DNA from: a bacterium
GTDB lineage: Bacteria; JAAXHH01
Assembly (NCBI GenBank): GCA_965240335.1
Contig: CBDEKM010000018.1
Span: 73,417-137,416, forward strand
DNA length: 64,000 bases
Reading direction: 5' to 3'
The first letter of the stretch is position 1; the number at the start of each line of letters is the position of its first letter. This document shows positions 19,569 through 30,681 of this stretch, in pieces. A program made the position numbers and the translations under genes. Under the pieces are notes generated by a model that saw only the letters and a list, made by a program, of their open reading frames with translations, ran no database searches and had not been told where the DNA came from.

Positions 19569-21551
19569 TCAGACTCCAGGGGCGGCCAGCGGTGGCTCAG
19601 TGAGCGGTGGGGTGACGGGTGCCGGCGCTTCGTCCTGCGCCGGTGGGTCCAGCGGTCTCCCCTCTAGGACCCGTTCTATCTGGTTCCTGTCCAGCGTTTC
19701 CTTCTTGAGGAGGGCCTCTGCCATCCGGTGCAGCGCGTCTTCCCGTTCCGTAAGGATGGTTTCCGCCCGCTGCCTGCAGGAATCTATGATCTTTCGCATG
19801 TCTTCGTCGACTTTAACGGCCGTCATGTTGCTGTAATCCCGCTTACGGGTGAGTTCGCGGCCGAGGAACACTTCCCCGTCCTGGTTGCCCAGGGCCAGGG
19901 GCCCCAGTTCGCCCATCCCCCATTCGCAGACCATGTGACGCGCCAGTTCCGTGGCACGCTTGATGTCATCGCCGGCTCCGTTGTACGTGTCGCCTACGCC
20001 GATACGTTCCGCGACCTGCCCGGCAAGCAGACAGGCGATCTGTCCCCGGCACCAGGCTTCCGAAAACAGGTACTGGTCTTCCTCGGGAATGGAGTAAGTG
20101 ATCCCCAGCGCCTGTCCACGCGGAATGATGGTGACGCTGTGCGGTGAGTCGATCTCCGGGATCAGGGCGCCGGTCATGGCGTGGCCGCTTTCGTGGTACG
20201 CGACGGTCCTGCGCTCTTCTTCCGACATGATCAGATGGTGTTCCGAGCCCATGACGATACGGTCCCTGGCGCTTTCAAGATCCTCCATGGCGATGCTCGT
20301 ATGGTTCTCCCGGGCGGCGATCAGGGCCGCCTCGTTCACGATATTTTCCAGGTCCGCGCCCGACATGCCCGGTGTAAGCCTGGCCAACGTCTTCAGGTTG
20401 ACGGAATCCGCCATGGGTTTGTCGTTCGCCTTGATCTTCAGGATCTGCTCGCGTCCATTGACGTCCGGACGGTCCACGGTGATATGCCGGTCGAACCGTC
20501 CCGGACGGAGCAGCGCAGGGTCGAGTACGTCGGGCCGGTTCGTTGCGGCGATCAGAACGACACCGCTGTTGGGTTCGAAACCGTCCATTTCCACGAGCAG
20601 CTGGTTCAGCGTCTGCTCCCGTTCGTCGTGACCGCCGCCCAGTCCCGCGCCGCGGTGACGGCCCACGGCGTCCAGTTCGTCAATGAAGATAATGCATGGG
20701 GCGTTTTCCTTGCTCTGGCGGAACAGGTCACGAACCCTGGATGCGCCGACGCCCACGAACATCTCCATGAAGTCGGCACCGCTCATGGTGAAAAACGGTA
20801 CGCTCGCTTCACCGGCGACCGCGCGGGCCAGGAGCGTCTTTCCCGTGCCCGGTGGACCCAGCAGCAGGACGCCCTTGGGCAGGCGCGCCCCGAATCGCCG
20901 GAACTTGTCCGGATTCCTGAGGAATTCCACGACTTCCTGCAGGTCGCGTTTCGCCTCTTCGACCCCGGCTACCTCGCTGAACTTTGCACCGTCGCGTTCG
21001 CCGGTCTGCTTTGCCTGACTTTTGCCCATGGAAAAGAGCCCCTTCTGGCCGCCCTGCATCCGGCGAAAGATGTATATCCACAGGCCGATGATCAGGAACA
21101 GCGGCAACCAGGTCATCAGGTGGGTGATCCACGGGGTGGAACCCGGTCGAGCGGTAATCACTACGTTGCGCTGAACCAGTTCATCAATCAGTTCCGGGTC
21201 TTCGAAGGGGATCTCGACCATGAATCTCGTCTCCAGGGATTCCTGCCCGCTGGCGGTTCCCGTACTGATCCCGCTGTTGAATTCGCCGACGATGGTCTTA
21301 CCCAGAATCGTCACGTTCCGCACGTTGCCGCTGGCCAGGTGGTCCCTGAAAACAGAGTAGCCTATTTCCATCTCGTCGGTACGATTCCGGCTGAAAAACT
21401 GCACCAGCACTACCGATAACAGGGCCAGAAGCGCCCACATTACGATGGTCCGGGTCCGCCGTGGCGCCTGTTGCCGGTCACCACTACCCTGTCGGGGTGC
21501 ATCCTGTCTTCGGCCTCGCGGCGCCTCTTTCTTTTGTCTGCTTGCCGTCAT
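19569..21551 (-). CDS. ftsH: ATP-dependent zinc metalloprotease FtsH
   Basis: Two TM helices, [41 protein letters not shown]. Confidence 0.96.
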   Translation of the reverse strand: MTASRQKKEAPRGRRQDAPRQGSGDRQQAPRRTRTIVMWALLALLSVVLVQFFSRNRTDEMEIGYSVFRDHLASGNVRNVTILGKTIVGEFNSGISTGTASGQESLETRFMVEIPFEDPELIDELVQRNVVITARPGSTPWITHLMTWLPLFLIIGLWIYIFRRMQGGQKGLFSMGKSQAKQTGERDGAKFSEVAGVEEAKRDLQEVVEFLRNPDKFRRFGARLPKGVLLLGPPGTGKTLLARAVAGEASVPFFTMSGADFMEMFVGVGASRVRDLFRQSKENAPCIIFIDELDAVGRHRGAGLGGGHDEREQTLNQLLVEMDGFEPNSGVVLIAATNRPDVLDPALLRPGRFDRHITVDRPDVNGREQILKIKANDKPMADSVNLKTLARLTPGMSGADLENIVNEAALIAARENHTSIAMEDLESARDRIVMGSEHHLIMSEEERRTVAYHESGHAMTGALIPEIDSPHSVTIIPRGQALGITYSIPEEDQYLFSEAWCRGQIACLLAGQVAERIGVGDTYNGAGDDIKRATELARHMVCEWGMGELGPLALGNQDGEVFLGRELTRKRDYSNMTAVKVDEDMRKIIDSCRQRAETILTEREDALHRMAEALLKKETLDRNQIERVLEGRPLDPPAQDEAPAPVTPPLTEPPLAAPGV

Positions 21552-21668
21552 TTGTATTTTACCGCCAGATACAGCCCGGCCGGACTTGATGGATGTAACC
21601 TGTTCGTACCTGCCAAGAAATAAGCGTGGGAATATGCAAGGCCGTTTCGCGCCCACATCCTCCCACGC

Positions 21669-22184
21669 TCAGGAATCCTGTTCATCGACCACGGCGACAT
21701 ACGGCAAGTCCCGATACCGTTCGTCCCAGTCGAGGCCATACCCTACGACGAAATCGCCCGGTATGTCGAATCCTTTGTAATCGATCGTCACGGGAGCCTG
21801 GTATGCTCCCGGTTTGACCAGCAGGGCGCATACCTTCAAGGACAACGGCTCCTGCTTCGCCAACGCTTCCGTAAGATAGCCCAGCGTCAACCCCGTGTCA
21901 ACGATGTCCTCCACGATCACGACGTGGCGTCCGCGGACGTTCACGTCGAATAGATCGGCCCGGACAGCTCCCGAAGAAACCTGCTTCTTGCCATAGGACG
22001 AAGTGCGTACGAAGTCGATGGCGTGCGGTACTGTAATTTCTCTCATCAGGTCTGCCAGGAAGACCACGCATCCCTTGAGACATCCAATGAGCAGCGGGTT
22101 TTTGTCCCTGTAGTCTCCGGACAACCACGCCCCGAGGTGCCGTACCTTCTCCGCGATCTGTGCTTCGGTGAGGAGGATCTTCAT
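21669..22184 (-). CDS. hpt: Hypoxanthine phosphoribosyltransferase
   Basis: LKGCVVF, VVIVEDIVDTGLT, FVVGYGLD..ERYRDLPY. Confidence 0.95.
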   Translation of the reverse strand: MKILLTEAQIAEKVRHLGAWLSGDYRDKNPLLIGCLKGCVVFLADLMREITVPHAIDFVRTSSYGKKQVSSGAVRADLFDVNVRGRHVVIVEDIVDTGLTLGYLTEALAKQEPLSLKVCALLVKPGAYQAPVTIDYKGFDIPGDFVVGYGLDWDERYRDLPYVAVVDEQDS

Positions 22185-22299
22185 CAGTAGTCTCAACCTT
22201 GTCGGAAAACCGGCGCGACGCGGCGCGGATCGACCGCTGTCCGTACGGATCGGCCGCTATCAGTTTGTATCTCTCGCCTTCCGTTCGAGCCAGTCACCG

Positions 22300-23694
22300 T
22301 CAGCACGTGTCGTTCGCCAACAGCTCGGCGACCATCACGCGCCGGGTCTTACCGGTAACCAGACCCTCGTTGCTTTGCCGGTGACCGGCCACCCACAGCA
22401 CGCGGTTTCCGTCGGTCACGACCGGCACGCGGTTGCGCAACATCCTGGGCACGTCCCATTCGTTGAACAGCTTCTTCAGCGACTTGTGTCCGTCCAGCCC
22501 GTAGGGCGACATGCGGTCGCCCGGTTCGCGGGAACGCACGGTCCACCGCCGCGGCACGGTATCCGCGTCGAAAACGGCCCGATGCGGGGTCGCGGCCGGT
22601 GCCTCCCCTGCCGGACCTTCCTCGATGCGGATAGACAGGTTTGAATTCGGAACCTCCACCTGGCCGGGGACTTTGAATTCTAGCCGGTAAGGTTTAAACG
22701 TACCTCGGCAGGCCACCAGTTCCGCACTCCGGCATTCCATGCGAATCCCATCGGGCAGTTCCTGGAGCCGGCCGGTCCCGCCCTCGGCGATCCACGCACG
22801 GGTTTCTTCCACCTGATCGTAAGTCAGGCGCGCCTCGCTGCCGCCCACCGCACGGACGAGGTGACGAACCAGCACCCGCTGAACCGCGGGCGCCGCATCC
22901 GGCCAGGCATCCAGATTCATGTGGAGCGTCTTCCCGTGGGCGATTCGCGAATGTTCGGCGAGGAAAGTCCGCGCCTGTTCGTCGAGATATTCCGCCTCTC
23001 CCCGGCTGACGGCGGCGAGCCTTCCGAGGCCCTGCACGATGTGGGGATTGTATTCCCTTCGCAGCAACGGTACCAGGTGGTGTCGGACCCTGTTGCGGAG
23101 AACGTCCTGGTCCAGGTTGGTGCTATCGACACGAAATGACAGCCCAAGCGTTCGCGCATAGACAGAGATTTCTTCGGAGGTGACGTCCAGCATCGGCCGG
23201 ATGATCCATCCATCCCGGATCGGCCGGATAGCCGAAAGACCCGAACTGCCGCTGCCGCGGATCAGGCGCATCAACACCGTCTCGGCCTGATCGTCCGCCG
23301 TGTGGCCGGTCGCCACCTTATTCGCATGGTGGTCCATTTGCACCCGCCGCAGGAAGTCGTACCTCACCTCGCGGGCACCTTGCTCTGTGGAGCAGCCATT
23401 TTGCCGGCAATAGGCGGCGACGTCCGCCCGTTCCACTACGCAGGGCAGGTCCAGGGACGCCGCGTAGTCCTCGACGAAGGTGGCGTCTTCCCGCCCTTCC
23501 TGGCGGCGAAGACCATGATCGAGATGGGCCACTGTCAGCGTCAAGCGCCACTCGGCGCTCAGGCCTTGCAGGACATGGAGGAGAACTACCGAGTCCGCGC
23601 CGCCCGAGACTGCGGCGACCACTTGATCGCCCGCCTCGATCATACGATGGCGATGGATCGCCGCCTCGACTTTATGTGTAACCGTATCTGGCAT
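22300..23694 (-). CDS. tilS: tRNA(Ile)-lysidine synthase
   Basis: PP-loop AVSGGADS, HLDHGLR, ATGHTADDQAET, RNRVR; canonical tilS-hpt-ftsH-folP order. Confidence 0.95.
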   Translation of the reverse strand: MPDTVTHKVEAAIHRHRMIEAGDQVVAAVSGGADSVVLLHVLQGLSAEWRLTLTVAHLDHGLRRQEGREDATFVEDYAASLDLPCVVERADVAAYCRQNGCSTEQGAREVRYDFLRRVQMDHHANKVATGHTADDQAETVLMRLIRGSGSSGLSAIRPIRDGWIIRPMLDVTSEEISVYARTLGLSFRVDSTNLDQDVLRNRVRHHLVPLLRREYNPHIVQGLGRLAAVSRGEAEYLDEQARTFLAEHSRIAHGKTLHMNLDAWPDAAPAVQRVLVRHLVRAVGGSEARLTYDQVEETRAWIAEGGTGRLQELPDGIRMECRSAELVACRGTFKPYRLEFKVPGQVEVPNSNLSIRIEEGPAGEAPAATPHRAVFDADTVPRRWTVRSREPGDRMSPYGLDGHKSLKKLFNEWDVPRMLRNRVPVVTDGNRVLWVAGHRQSNEGLVTGKTRRVMVAELLANDTC

Positions 23695-23757
23695 GGGAAA
23701 TCAGCAAGGGAGTCCATAATGAAAATGGCCTTCCGGATGCGGAAAGGCCATGGGAAA

Positions 23758-23831
23758 TAGCGGCGCAGGGATTCGAACCCCGGACACTCGGATTATGATT
23801 CCGATGCTCTGACCAACTGAGCTACGCCGCC
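23758..23831 (-). tRNA. tRNA with CAT anticodon (probably elongator tRNA-Met)
   Basis: GGCGGCG/CGCCGCT acceptor, TCGGA-ATCATAA-TCCGA anticodon arm; no C1 mismatch or triple G-C of initiator tRNA. Confidence 0.9.
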
Positions 23832-23847
23832 CCTGAATCGAACCAGC

Positions 23848-23876
23848 AATATAGAGCCGAGAGGGTATAATGTCAA
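23848..23876 (-). promoter_or_regulatory. Sigma70 promoter of tRNA-Met (possibly also tilS operon)
   Basis: Minus strand TTGACA-17 bp-TATATT. Confidence 0.75.
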
Positions 23877-23977
23877 GGCATTAACCGGCTTCAAATGTGA
23901 TTGTCATTGACCTGTGGGAACGGTTATATTACACATGTTTGAGCTTGAATACACAGGCATTTCCGCCGAGGTGAGAC

Positions 23978-25402
23978 TTGGTTGAGAAGGAAGTAAATCC
24001 CACCGCAGCTTCGAAGGACGAAAGCGAAGACGAAGGACTGGTAAGGGGGCTGGGCCCGCTTGAAGCCACCACCATCATCGTGGGCGGGGTGATTGGCTCC
24101 GGCATCTTCCAGGCGCCAAGCGCCATTGCCTCCAACGTGGGTTCGCCAGGCATGAGTCTCCTCGTCTGGCTGGTGTGCGGCATCCTCGCACTGTGCGGCG
24201 GACTCTGTATCGCGGAACTGGGCGCCATGCTGCCCCGGACAGGTGGGCAGTACGTTTACATCCGCGAAGCCTACAAAAGGCGATGGATTACATTCATTTA
24301 CGGCTGGTCCTCTTTCTGGCTCGTATGGCCGGTGTCCATCGCCGCCGTCGCGAGCGTATTTTCCGCCTATCTGGCCAGCGTGGTGAACGTGATCACCGCG
24401 GACGCGAGCGGGACGGGGATCGTCCTGAGCCCCGGTGCCCGCGCTTTGATCGCCTCGGCATGCGTGCTGGTGCTGATGACGATAAACGTGATCGGGGTCC
24501 GGTGGAGCGGCAGGGTAACCAACCTGTTTACCTTCATCAAGATCGCCGCACTTGGCGGCCTGATCCTCCTGGGGCTGGCCATGGCCGAAAGTGGGTCCAT
24601 GTCCCACTTCACGCCGTTGTTCGGCGGCGGTGGCGCAGCCGTGGGCGGATTCGCGCTGGGCGCCTTCGGCGCGGCCATGGTCACCGGGCTGTTCTCCTAC
24701 GAGGGATGGACTTTTTCCAGTTACGTCGCGGGTGAAATGCGAAACCCCCGCAGGAATCTTCCGCTGTCGATCATCGTCGGCATCCTGATCGTGATCGGGA
24801 TCTACTTGGCGGCGAATTTCGTGTACATACTGGTCCTGCCCTTCGAGCAGGTACAGACTTCACCGTGGATCGCGGCCGACGTGATGAGGGTGCTGCTGGG
24901 TGACTGGGGGGCCCTCTTTATCTCGGTAGGCGTTATGTGTTCTACCTTCGGGGGATTAAACGTGCATATGCTTGTAGCTCCCCGCCTCTTCTTCGCCCTT
25001 AGCAGGGACGGCCTGTTCTTCGAGGGGTTGAGCAGGATTCATCCGAGATTCCGGACACCGGCCGTATCCATTCTTGCCCAGGGCATTCTGGCCGCCCTGA
25101 TCGCACTGACGCCCAGTTACGAAGAAATCATCTCCTACGGCTCATTCACGTCGTATGCTTTTTCCATTCTTGCAATCGGTTCGGTCATCGTGCTGCGCTA
25201 TACCCGTCCTGACGCGAAAAGGCCCTACAGGGCATGGGGCTATCCGGTGACGCCCCTGCTCTTTCTGGCCGTTATCACCGCTTACCTGGTGTCGCTGCTT
25301 ACCAACGCAGAGTTCATTTATAATTCGCTTATAGGCCTCGGCATAGTCGCCGTTGGCATTCCGTTTTACTTCTACTGGGAAAAACAGCATAAAGGACATT
25401 GA
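23978..25402 (+). CDS. APC family amino acid permease
   Basis: GGVIGSGIF, AELGAMLPRTGGQYVY, FSYEGW..AGEMRNPRRNLP, RPYRAWGYP; about 12 TM segments. Confidence 0.92.
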   Translation: MVEKEVNPTAASKDESEDEGLVRGLGPLEATTIIVGGVIGSGIFQAPSAIASNVGSPGMSLLVWLVCGILALCGGLCIAELGAMLPRTGGQYVYIREAYKRRWITFIYGWSSFWLVWPVSIAAVASVFSAYLASVVNVITADASGTGIVLSPGARALIASACVLVLMTINVIGVRWSGRVTNLFTFIKIAALGGLILLGLAMAESGSMSHFTPLFGGGGAAVGGFALGAFGAAMVTGLFSYEGWTFSSYVAGEMRNPRRNLPLSIIVGILIVIGIYLAANFVYILVLPFEQVQTSPWIAADVMRVLLGDWGALFISVGVMCSTFGGLNVHMLVAPRLFFALSRDGLFFEGLSRIHPRFRTPAVSILAQGILAALIALTPSYEEIISYGSFTSYAFSILAIGSVIVLRYTRPDAKRPYRAWGYPVTPLLFLAVITAYLVSLLTNAEFIYNSLIGLGIVAVGIPFYFYWEKQHKGH

Positions 25403-25410
25403 GGTCATCC

Positions 25411-26343
25411 ATGAGGGACTTGTTAATCGTAGAACAGAACAACGTCGTCCGGTACGACGACGTTTCTCTTTCCCATCTCCAGGAGACCCTGGAAACATCC
25501 AAGGGCCTGTTCTGGCTGGACCTGGAGCAGATCACGGACGAAGACGCGGCGTTCCTGAGTGATTACAAGGAGTTCGGCGCCCATCCCCTGTCGGTGAAGG
25601 CCTGCCGGGAAGTTTCGGCGCGTCCCTACTCCGCGGTGTTTCCAAAACACCTATTCATGGTCGTACACGTGCAGGAAAGCCTGGACGCGCCACCGGTCAA
25701 GCTGGGGTTCTTCCTGGCGCCCGACTACCTGATTACCATTCATTCCACCCCGCTGGCCGTGTTGCAGGACGTCAAGGACCGGATTCAGCAGGATGCCCGG
25801 TTGATGCGGTCCACGGACCTGGCCGTCGCCCTGATCATGCAGACGATCGCCGATCGCCAGGATCCTCTGGTTGCCGAACTCACCGCGGAAACGATCGCGC
25901 CGGACAAGGACTTGGAAGCCCGGTGGATATACGACACGCAACGCCGCCTCATCGACACGATCCATCTCGTCAAACCGCAGTGCGAGATAGTACATTCGCT
26001 TTACAGCGGCGAGAAACTGTCTCTGCAAAAGGATACGGTCGTCCAGCTCCAGGACGTGTATTATCGGTTCAGGAACATGGCCGAGATACTCACGCGTCAC
26101 TGGGAAATGCTGAACGACGCAGGTACGGCCGTCCAGACGAAAGCCCTGAAAAGAATCGACGCTTCCACGCGGCGGCTGACCTTCCTGGTCGCCTTTCTGC
26201 TTCCCGTCCTCGTACTGTCCGTCCTGCTCGGTCTCGACGATCCTCTCCTGGAGAACCTGAATAAACCGGCCACGGTGGGTATCGGACTGGCGGTTTCGCT
26301 GCTTGTCGCCATCATATTGATCCTGTCGGGAAGAAAGCGGTAA
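25411..26343 (+). CDS. CorA-like divalent cation transporter family protein (degenerate)
   Basis: FWLDLE, FGAHPL, YLITIH, LQDVY, two C-terminal TM helices; GMN signature absent. Confidence 0.7.
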   Translation: MRDLLIVEQNNVVRYDDVSLSHLQETLETSKGLFWLDLEQITDEDAAFLSDYKEFGAHPLSVKACREVSARPYSAVFPKHLFMVVHVQESLDAPPVKLGFFLAPDYLITIHSTPLAVLQDVKDRIQQDARLMRSTDLAVALIMQTIADRQDPLVAELTAETIAPDKDLEARWIYDTQRRLIDTIHLVKPQCEIVHSLYSGEKLSLQKDTVVQLQDVYYRFRNMAEILTRHWEMLNDAGTAVQTKALKRIDASTRRLTFLVAFLLPVLVLSVLLGLDDPLLENLNKPATVGIGLAVSLLVAIILILSGRKR

Positions 26344-26369
26344 AGGATATCAACTCCCCGGAGGTATCG

Positions 26370-27803
26370 TTGAATCGTCGGCCAGGTATCGGTTCCGTCA
26401 TACGATTCTTCCTCTTCGCGAGCGCCTTCCTCCATACCAGCGTTCCGGCCTCCGTTTCGGCCCAGGACCGGCTGGTCATTGTTTCCCCCCACTGGGAAGG
26501 CATCCGCTACGAATTCACCCGTGGATTCGACTCCTTTTACCGGGCGGAGACCGGCCGCGCGGCCGAGATCGAGTGGATGGACGTGGGCGGTACTTCCGAG
26601 ATCATCCGTTTCATCAAGTCCGAATATTCCGGCAAGCCGGAAAGCATCGGCATCGACATGATGTTCGGCGGGGGCAGCGACCCGTTCATGGAACTGGCGC
26701 GCCTGGACCTGCTGGCGCCGTACAGGCTCCCCGAAGACTTGCTTTCCAGGCTCCCCGCCGAGGTGGGCGGCTACCCGATCTACGACGCGGAATACCAGTG
26801 GTACGGCGCGACGATGGCGGGGTTCGGCATCGTGTACAACAAGCGGGTGGCACAACTCGTGGAACTGCCCGTACCGGAGACCTGGGAAGACCTGACCGAT
26901 CCGCAGATCTATTCGTGGGTCGGCGCGGCCGATCCCAGGAAGAGCGGCAGCGCGCACGTACCCTTCGAGATCATCCTGCAGGTCTATGGCTGGGAAAGAG
27001 GCTGGCAGATCATTACCGCCCTCGGCGCCAACGCCAGGGGATTCGCCAATACGGGCAGCCAGGTGCCCAAGGACGTGACGTCCGGCGAAGTGGCCTACGG
27101 GATGGCCATCGATTTTTACGCCTGGGCCCAGATCAACGCCGTGGGAGCCGACATGATCGGTTACACCATGCCGGACAACCTCACGATCCTGAATCCAGAC
27201 GGCGTATCCATTTTGAAAGGCGCACCCAACATGGCCGTGGCGCAGTCGTTTCTGCGCTACATCCTGTCCGAGTCCGGACAGCGCCTGTGGATGCAGAAAC
27301 CCGGCACGCCGGGTGGACCGGAGAAGTTCCAGTTGAACAGGTTCACCGTCCTGCCCCACCTGTACCAGCGTATTGATCCGGCCCATACCTCGGTCACTTT
27401 CAATCCCTTTACCTGGAAATCGTCCTTCGTGTACGATGCTGAGAAAGGCGCGGCGAGGCGCCATATCGTTGATGACATGATCGGCGTATTCGTAATCGAT
27501 GCCCACGCCGCGCTCCAGCAAAGGTGGCGGCACGCCATGGAAGAGGGAGACGTAGCGAGCGTCCTGCCTGAGCTGGGAGCCATGCCCATCACGGAGGAAG
27601 AATCCCTCGCGCTGGGTGACCGGTGGCGGGACCAGGCTTTCAGGAACCGTACCCTGCTTTCATGGAGCAGACTGGCGGCGGAGAAGTACGGTCTGGGTGC
27701 ATCGGAATGGGCTGGTGGCAGGTTCATGCTCTTCTCCACCAGTGGACTGGTGTTGGCGGGAATGGTGCTGTATCTCTGGCGGATGAAGCGGAGAAGCGGA
27801 TGA
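26370..27803 (+). CDS. ABC substrate-binding protein (Fe3+/thiamine/polyamine class) with C-terminal TM segment
   Basis: Signal peptide, IDMMFGGG, GFGIVYNK, PETWEDL, ADPRKSGS, ILKGAPN. Confidence 0.82.
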   Translation: MNRRPGIGSVIRFFLFASAFLHTSVPASVSAQDRLVIVSPHWEGIRYEFTRGFDSFYRAETGRAAEIEWMDVGGTSEIIRFIKSEYSGKPESIGIDMMFGGGSDPFMELARLDLLAPYRLPEDLLSRLPAEVGGYPIYDAEYQWYGATMAGFGIVYNKRVAQLVELPVPETWEDLTDPQIYSWVGAADPRKSGSAHVPFEIILQVYGWERGWQIITALGANARGFANTGSQVPKDVTSGEVAYGMAIDFYAWAQINAVGADMIGYTMPDNLTILNPDGVSILKGAPNMAVAQSFLRYILSESGQRLWMQKPGTPGGPEKFQLNRFTVLPHLYQRIDPAHTSVTFNPFTWKSSFVYDAEKGAARRHIVDDMIGVFVIDAHAALQQRWRHAMEEGDVASVLPELGAMPITEEESLALGDRWRDQAFRNRTLLSWSRLAAEKYGLGASEWAGGRFMLFSTSGLVLAGMVLYLWRMKRRSG

Positions 27804-27872
27804 GTATGGGCGTGTGATCCGCGCGTGTTTTTTCATACCCTGAATGTAATTTCATATCCTGGGATACCGATT

Positions 27873-28958
27873 ATGGTCAGTCTGACACTCCGAGGGATCA
27901 CCCGAAAATTCGGTGAAGTGACGGCCGTTGACGACGTATCGCTCGAGATCGGAAGGGGTGAACTGTTCTTTCTTCTTGGTCCTTCCGGCTGCGGCAAGAC
28001 CACCCTGCTGCGTCTGATCGCAGGGTTCTACGCGCCAAACGCGGGAAGTGTCCATTTCGACGATCAGGACGTGACCCGTACGCCTCCCCACCGGCGGAAC
28101 ACGGGAATGGTTTTCCAGAACTACGCCCTCTGGCCGCATATGTCCGTCTGGGAGAACGTGGCCTATGGACTCGTCCTGCGCAAGGTGTCGTCCTCAGAAC
28201 AGAATGATCGCGTGTCGGAGGCCCTGAGGATGGTGCGGATGGACGCCTACAAAGAGCGGTCGCCGAACCAGTTGTCCGGCGGTCAGCAGCAGCGCGTGGC
28301 CCTTGCCCGGGCCCTCGTGATCCAACCCGACGTGGTGCTGCTCGACGAGCCCCTGTCCAACCTGGACGCCAGGCTTCGCCTCGAGATGCGCGACGAGATC
28401 CGGCGCATTCATGACGAGACCGGTACGACGATGATCTATGTGACCCATGACCAGAAGGAAGCGCTCTCCATGGCGGACCGCGTTGCCGTCATGGACCTGG
28501 GGTCCGTTGCCCAGACCGGGCCCCCGCGTTCGATCTACACCCGGCCCGCGAGTGCTTTCGTCGCAGACTTCATCGGAGAGACCAATTTCGTGGCTGGCAG
28601 CCTGACGTGCGCGGAATTGCCCCTGGCCGTAGAGACGGCGGAGGGGGTAATTCATTCGAAGATCGCGCCTGCCGAAGACCTGTCGCCGGGCGACGAAGTG
28701 GTCTGCTCCATACGGCCGGAGGTCATTCGGATCTCGGATACGGACAGCACGGCCGGCGAAGATGAAAACGTGATGGATGGAGTGATCCAGCACTCCGTGT
28801 ACCTGGGCGACCACGAGCAGTATTCGGTCCGGCTGCATGACGGCACAATGATCAAGCTGGTGGACCATCTACCCGGCCAGCGCCGTGCAGGCCCCGGTGC
28901 GCCCATCCGGTTGAAATTCGACGCCTCGCAGGTCGTCGTGCTCGGGAAACCGGGATAG
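27873..28958 (+). CDS. ABC ATP-binding protein (PotA/FbpC-like, TOBE domain)
   Basis: GPSGCGKTT, VFQNYALWPH, LSGGQQQRVALARA, LDEPLSNLD, VTHDQ. Confidence 0.93.
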   Translation: MVSLTLRGITRKFGEVTAVDDVSLEIGRGELFFLLGPSGCGKTTLLRLIAGFYAPNAGSVHFDDQDVTRTPPHRRNTGMVFQNYALWPHMSVWENVAYGLVLRKVSSSEQNDRVSEALRMVRMDAYKERSPNQLSGGQQQRVALARALVIQPDVVLLDEPLSNLDARLRLEMRDEIRRIHDETGTTMIYVTHDQKEALSMADRVAVMDLGSVAQTGPPRSIYTRPASAFVADFIGETNFVAGSLTCAELPLAVETAEGVIHSKIAPAEDLSPGDEVVCSIRPEVIRISDTDSTAGEDENVMDGVIQHSVYLGDHEQYSVRLHDGTMIKLVDHLPGQRRAGPGAPIRLKFDASQVVVLGKPG

Positions 28959-28979
28959 CAATACGCGGAGCGTACCCCC

Positions 28980-30681
28980 ATGCCCAGTACCCGATTCGAT
29001 CTCTCGGACCTGACCCCCGGTGTCGTCGTCATCCTGGGCGTTCTCGTCCTGTTCTTCGGCCTCTTCCTGTTCTATCCGCTCCTGCACGTCCTGTTGAACG
29101 CCTTCTACCTGGACGAACAGTTTTCCATGGAGTTCTTCGGGCTGATGCTGCAGAGCCCGGTTCAGCAGCGCGCCCTGATGAACAGTTTCGAACTTGGCAT
29201 CGTCACGACCGCCCTGACGACGATCATCAGTCTGCCCATGGCGGTCGCCCTCGTGCGGTACGATTTCATCGGGAAGGGCCTGCTGGGGGGACTCGCGCTG
29301 GTACCGATGATCATGCCCCCCTTCGTCGGCGCCATCGGGATGAAGCAGATGTTCGCCCGGTTCGGTTCGATCAACCTTTTCCTGCTCGAATCCGGCGTCA
29401 TCGACGCGCCCATCGACTGGTTCGGCGGCGGCGGATTCTGGGGCGTGGTGATCCTCGAGGCCCTTCACCTGTACCCCATCATGTACCTGAACATCGCCGC
29501 GGGGCTGGCCAACGTGGACCCGAGCCTGGAGGAGTCGGCCCGAAATGTGGGCGCCGGGGGTTTCCGCCTTTTTCGCACGATCACGTTCCCGCTGATGCTG
29601 CCCGGATACTTCGCAGGTGCTATCATCGTGTTCATCTGGGCGTTCACGGACCTGGGCACGCCCCTGATCTTCGAGTTCCGCGAGGTCGTGGCGGTCCAGA
29701 TCTTCAACATGTCCACGGACGTCCACGCGAATCCTATGGGTTACGCCCTGGTCGTCTTCGTGGTCCTGGTCACCCTGGCCCTGTTTTACCTCTCCAAGAA
29801 GTTCTTCGGCGGCCGCCACTACGAGATGGTTGCCCGCGGCCACGTGATGTCCGCCTCCAGACCTGCGACCTCTCTCGAGACCGTCCTGATCTGGGGCATG
29901 CTTCTGTCCATCACCGGCATCGCGCTGATCCCTCACCTCAGCGTGGTCCTTACCTCCATCACCGAACGCTGGTTCATGACCGTGCTGCCCTCCGACTATA
30001 CCACGGCCTATTACGGGCAGATCTTCGAACACGACCTGACCCTGCTTTCCATCAAGAACAGCCTGTGGTTGAGCGTGATGAGCACCATGATCGATATCGT
30101 CATCGGCATCACCATCGCCTACCTGCTGACCAGGCGGCGCTTTCCGTTTCGGGACGCGCTCGACGCCGTGGCCATGCTTCCCCTGGCACTCCCGGGTCTG
30201 GTACTCGCCTTCGGTTACATCTCCGGATTCTCGGGTACCGTCCTGGACGTCCGTATTTCCCCCGTGCCCCTGCTGATCATCGCCTACGCCGTGCGCCGGC
30301 CTGCCTTACATGGTTCGCGCGGCCTACGCCGGTTTCCAGCAGATGAGCGTCACACTGGAAGAAGCATCCATGAACATGGGCGCCGGTCCCCTCCGGACGC
30401 TCTGGAAAATCACCATGCCGCTCATCATCGCCAACGTGGCCGCGGGCGCCATTCTCTGCTTCTCTTTTGCCATGCTCGAAGTGAGCGACAGCCTCATCCT
30501 GGCCATCAAGGAACAGTACTATCCCATTACCAAGGCCATTTACAGCCTGATGGGCCGTATAACCGACGGACCCTACATGGCGAGCGCCATGGGCATGCTG
30601 GGCATGATCCTGTTGGCATGCAGTTTGCTCTTTACAGGTAAAGTACTGGGTAAGAGAATGGGCCAACTGTTCAAGGTGTAG
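28980..30681 (+). pseudogene. Fe3+-type ABC permease (FbpB-like, two permease halves) interrupted by a 1-nt frameshift
   Basis: ORF 28980-30641 goes out of frame after AYAVRR; the second half (MVRAAYAGFQQ..LEEAS) continues in ORF 30310-30681. Removing one C at 30300/30301 restores RRLPYMVR. Confidence 0.8.

Noticed and set aside
23758-23831. CAT-anticodon tRNA beside tilS as the TilS substrate tRNA-Ile2
   Set aside because: It has G4/G5 in the acceptor stem and G29-C41, lacking the C4-G69/C5-G68 or C29-G41 determinants reported for TilS substrates. Elongator tRNA-Met is more likely; tRNAscan-SE isotype models would decide.
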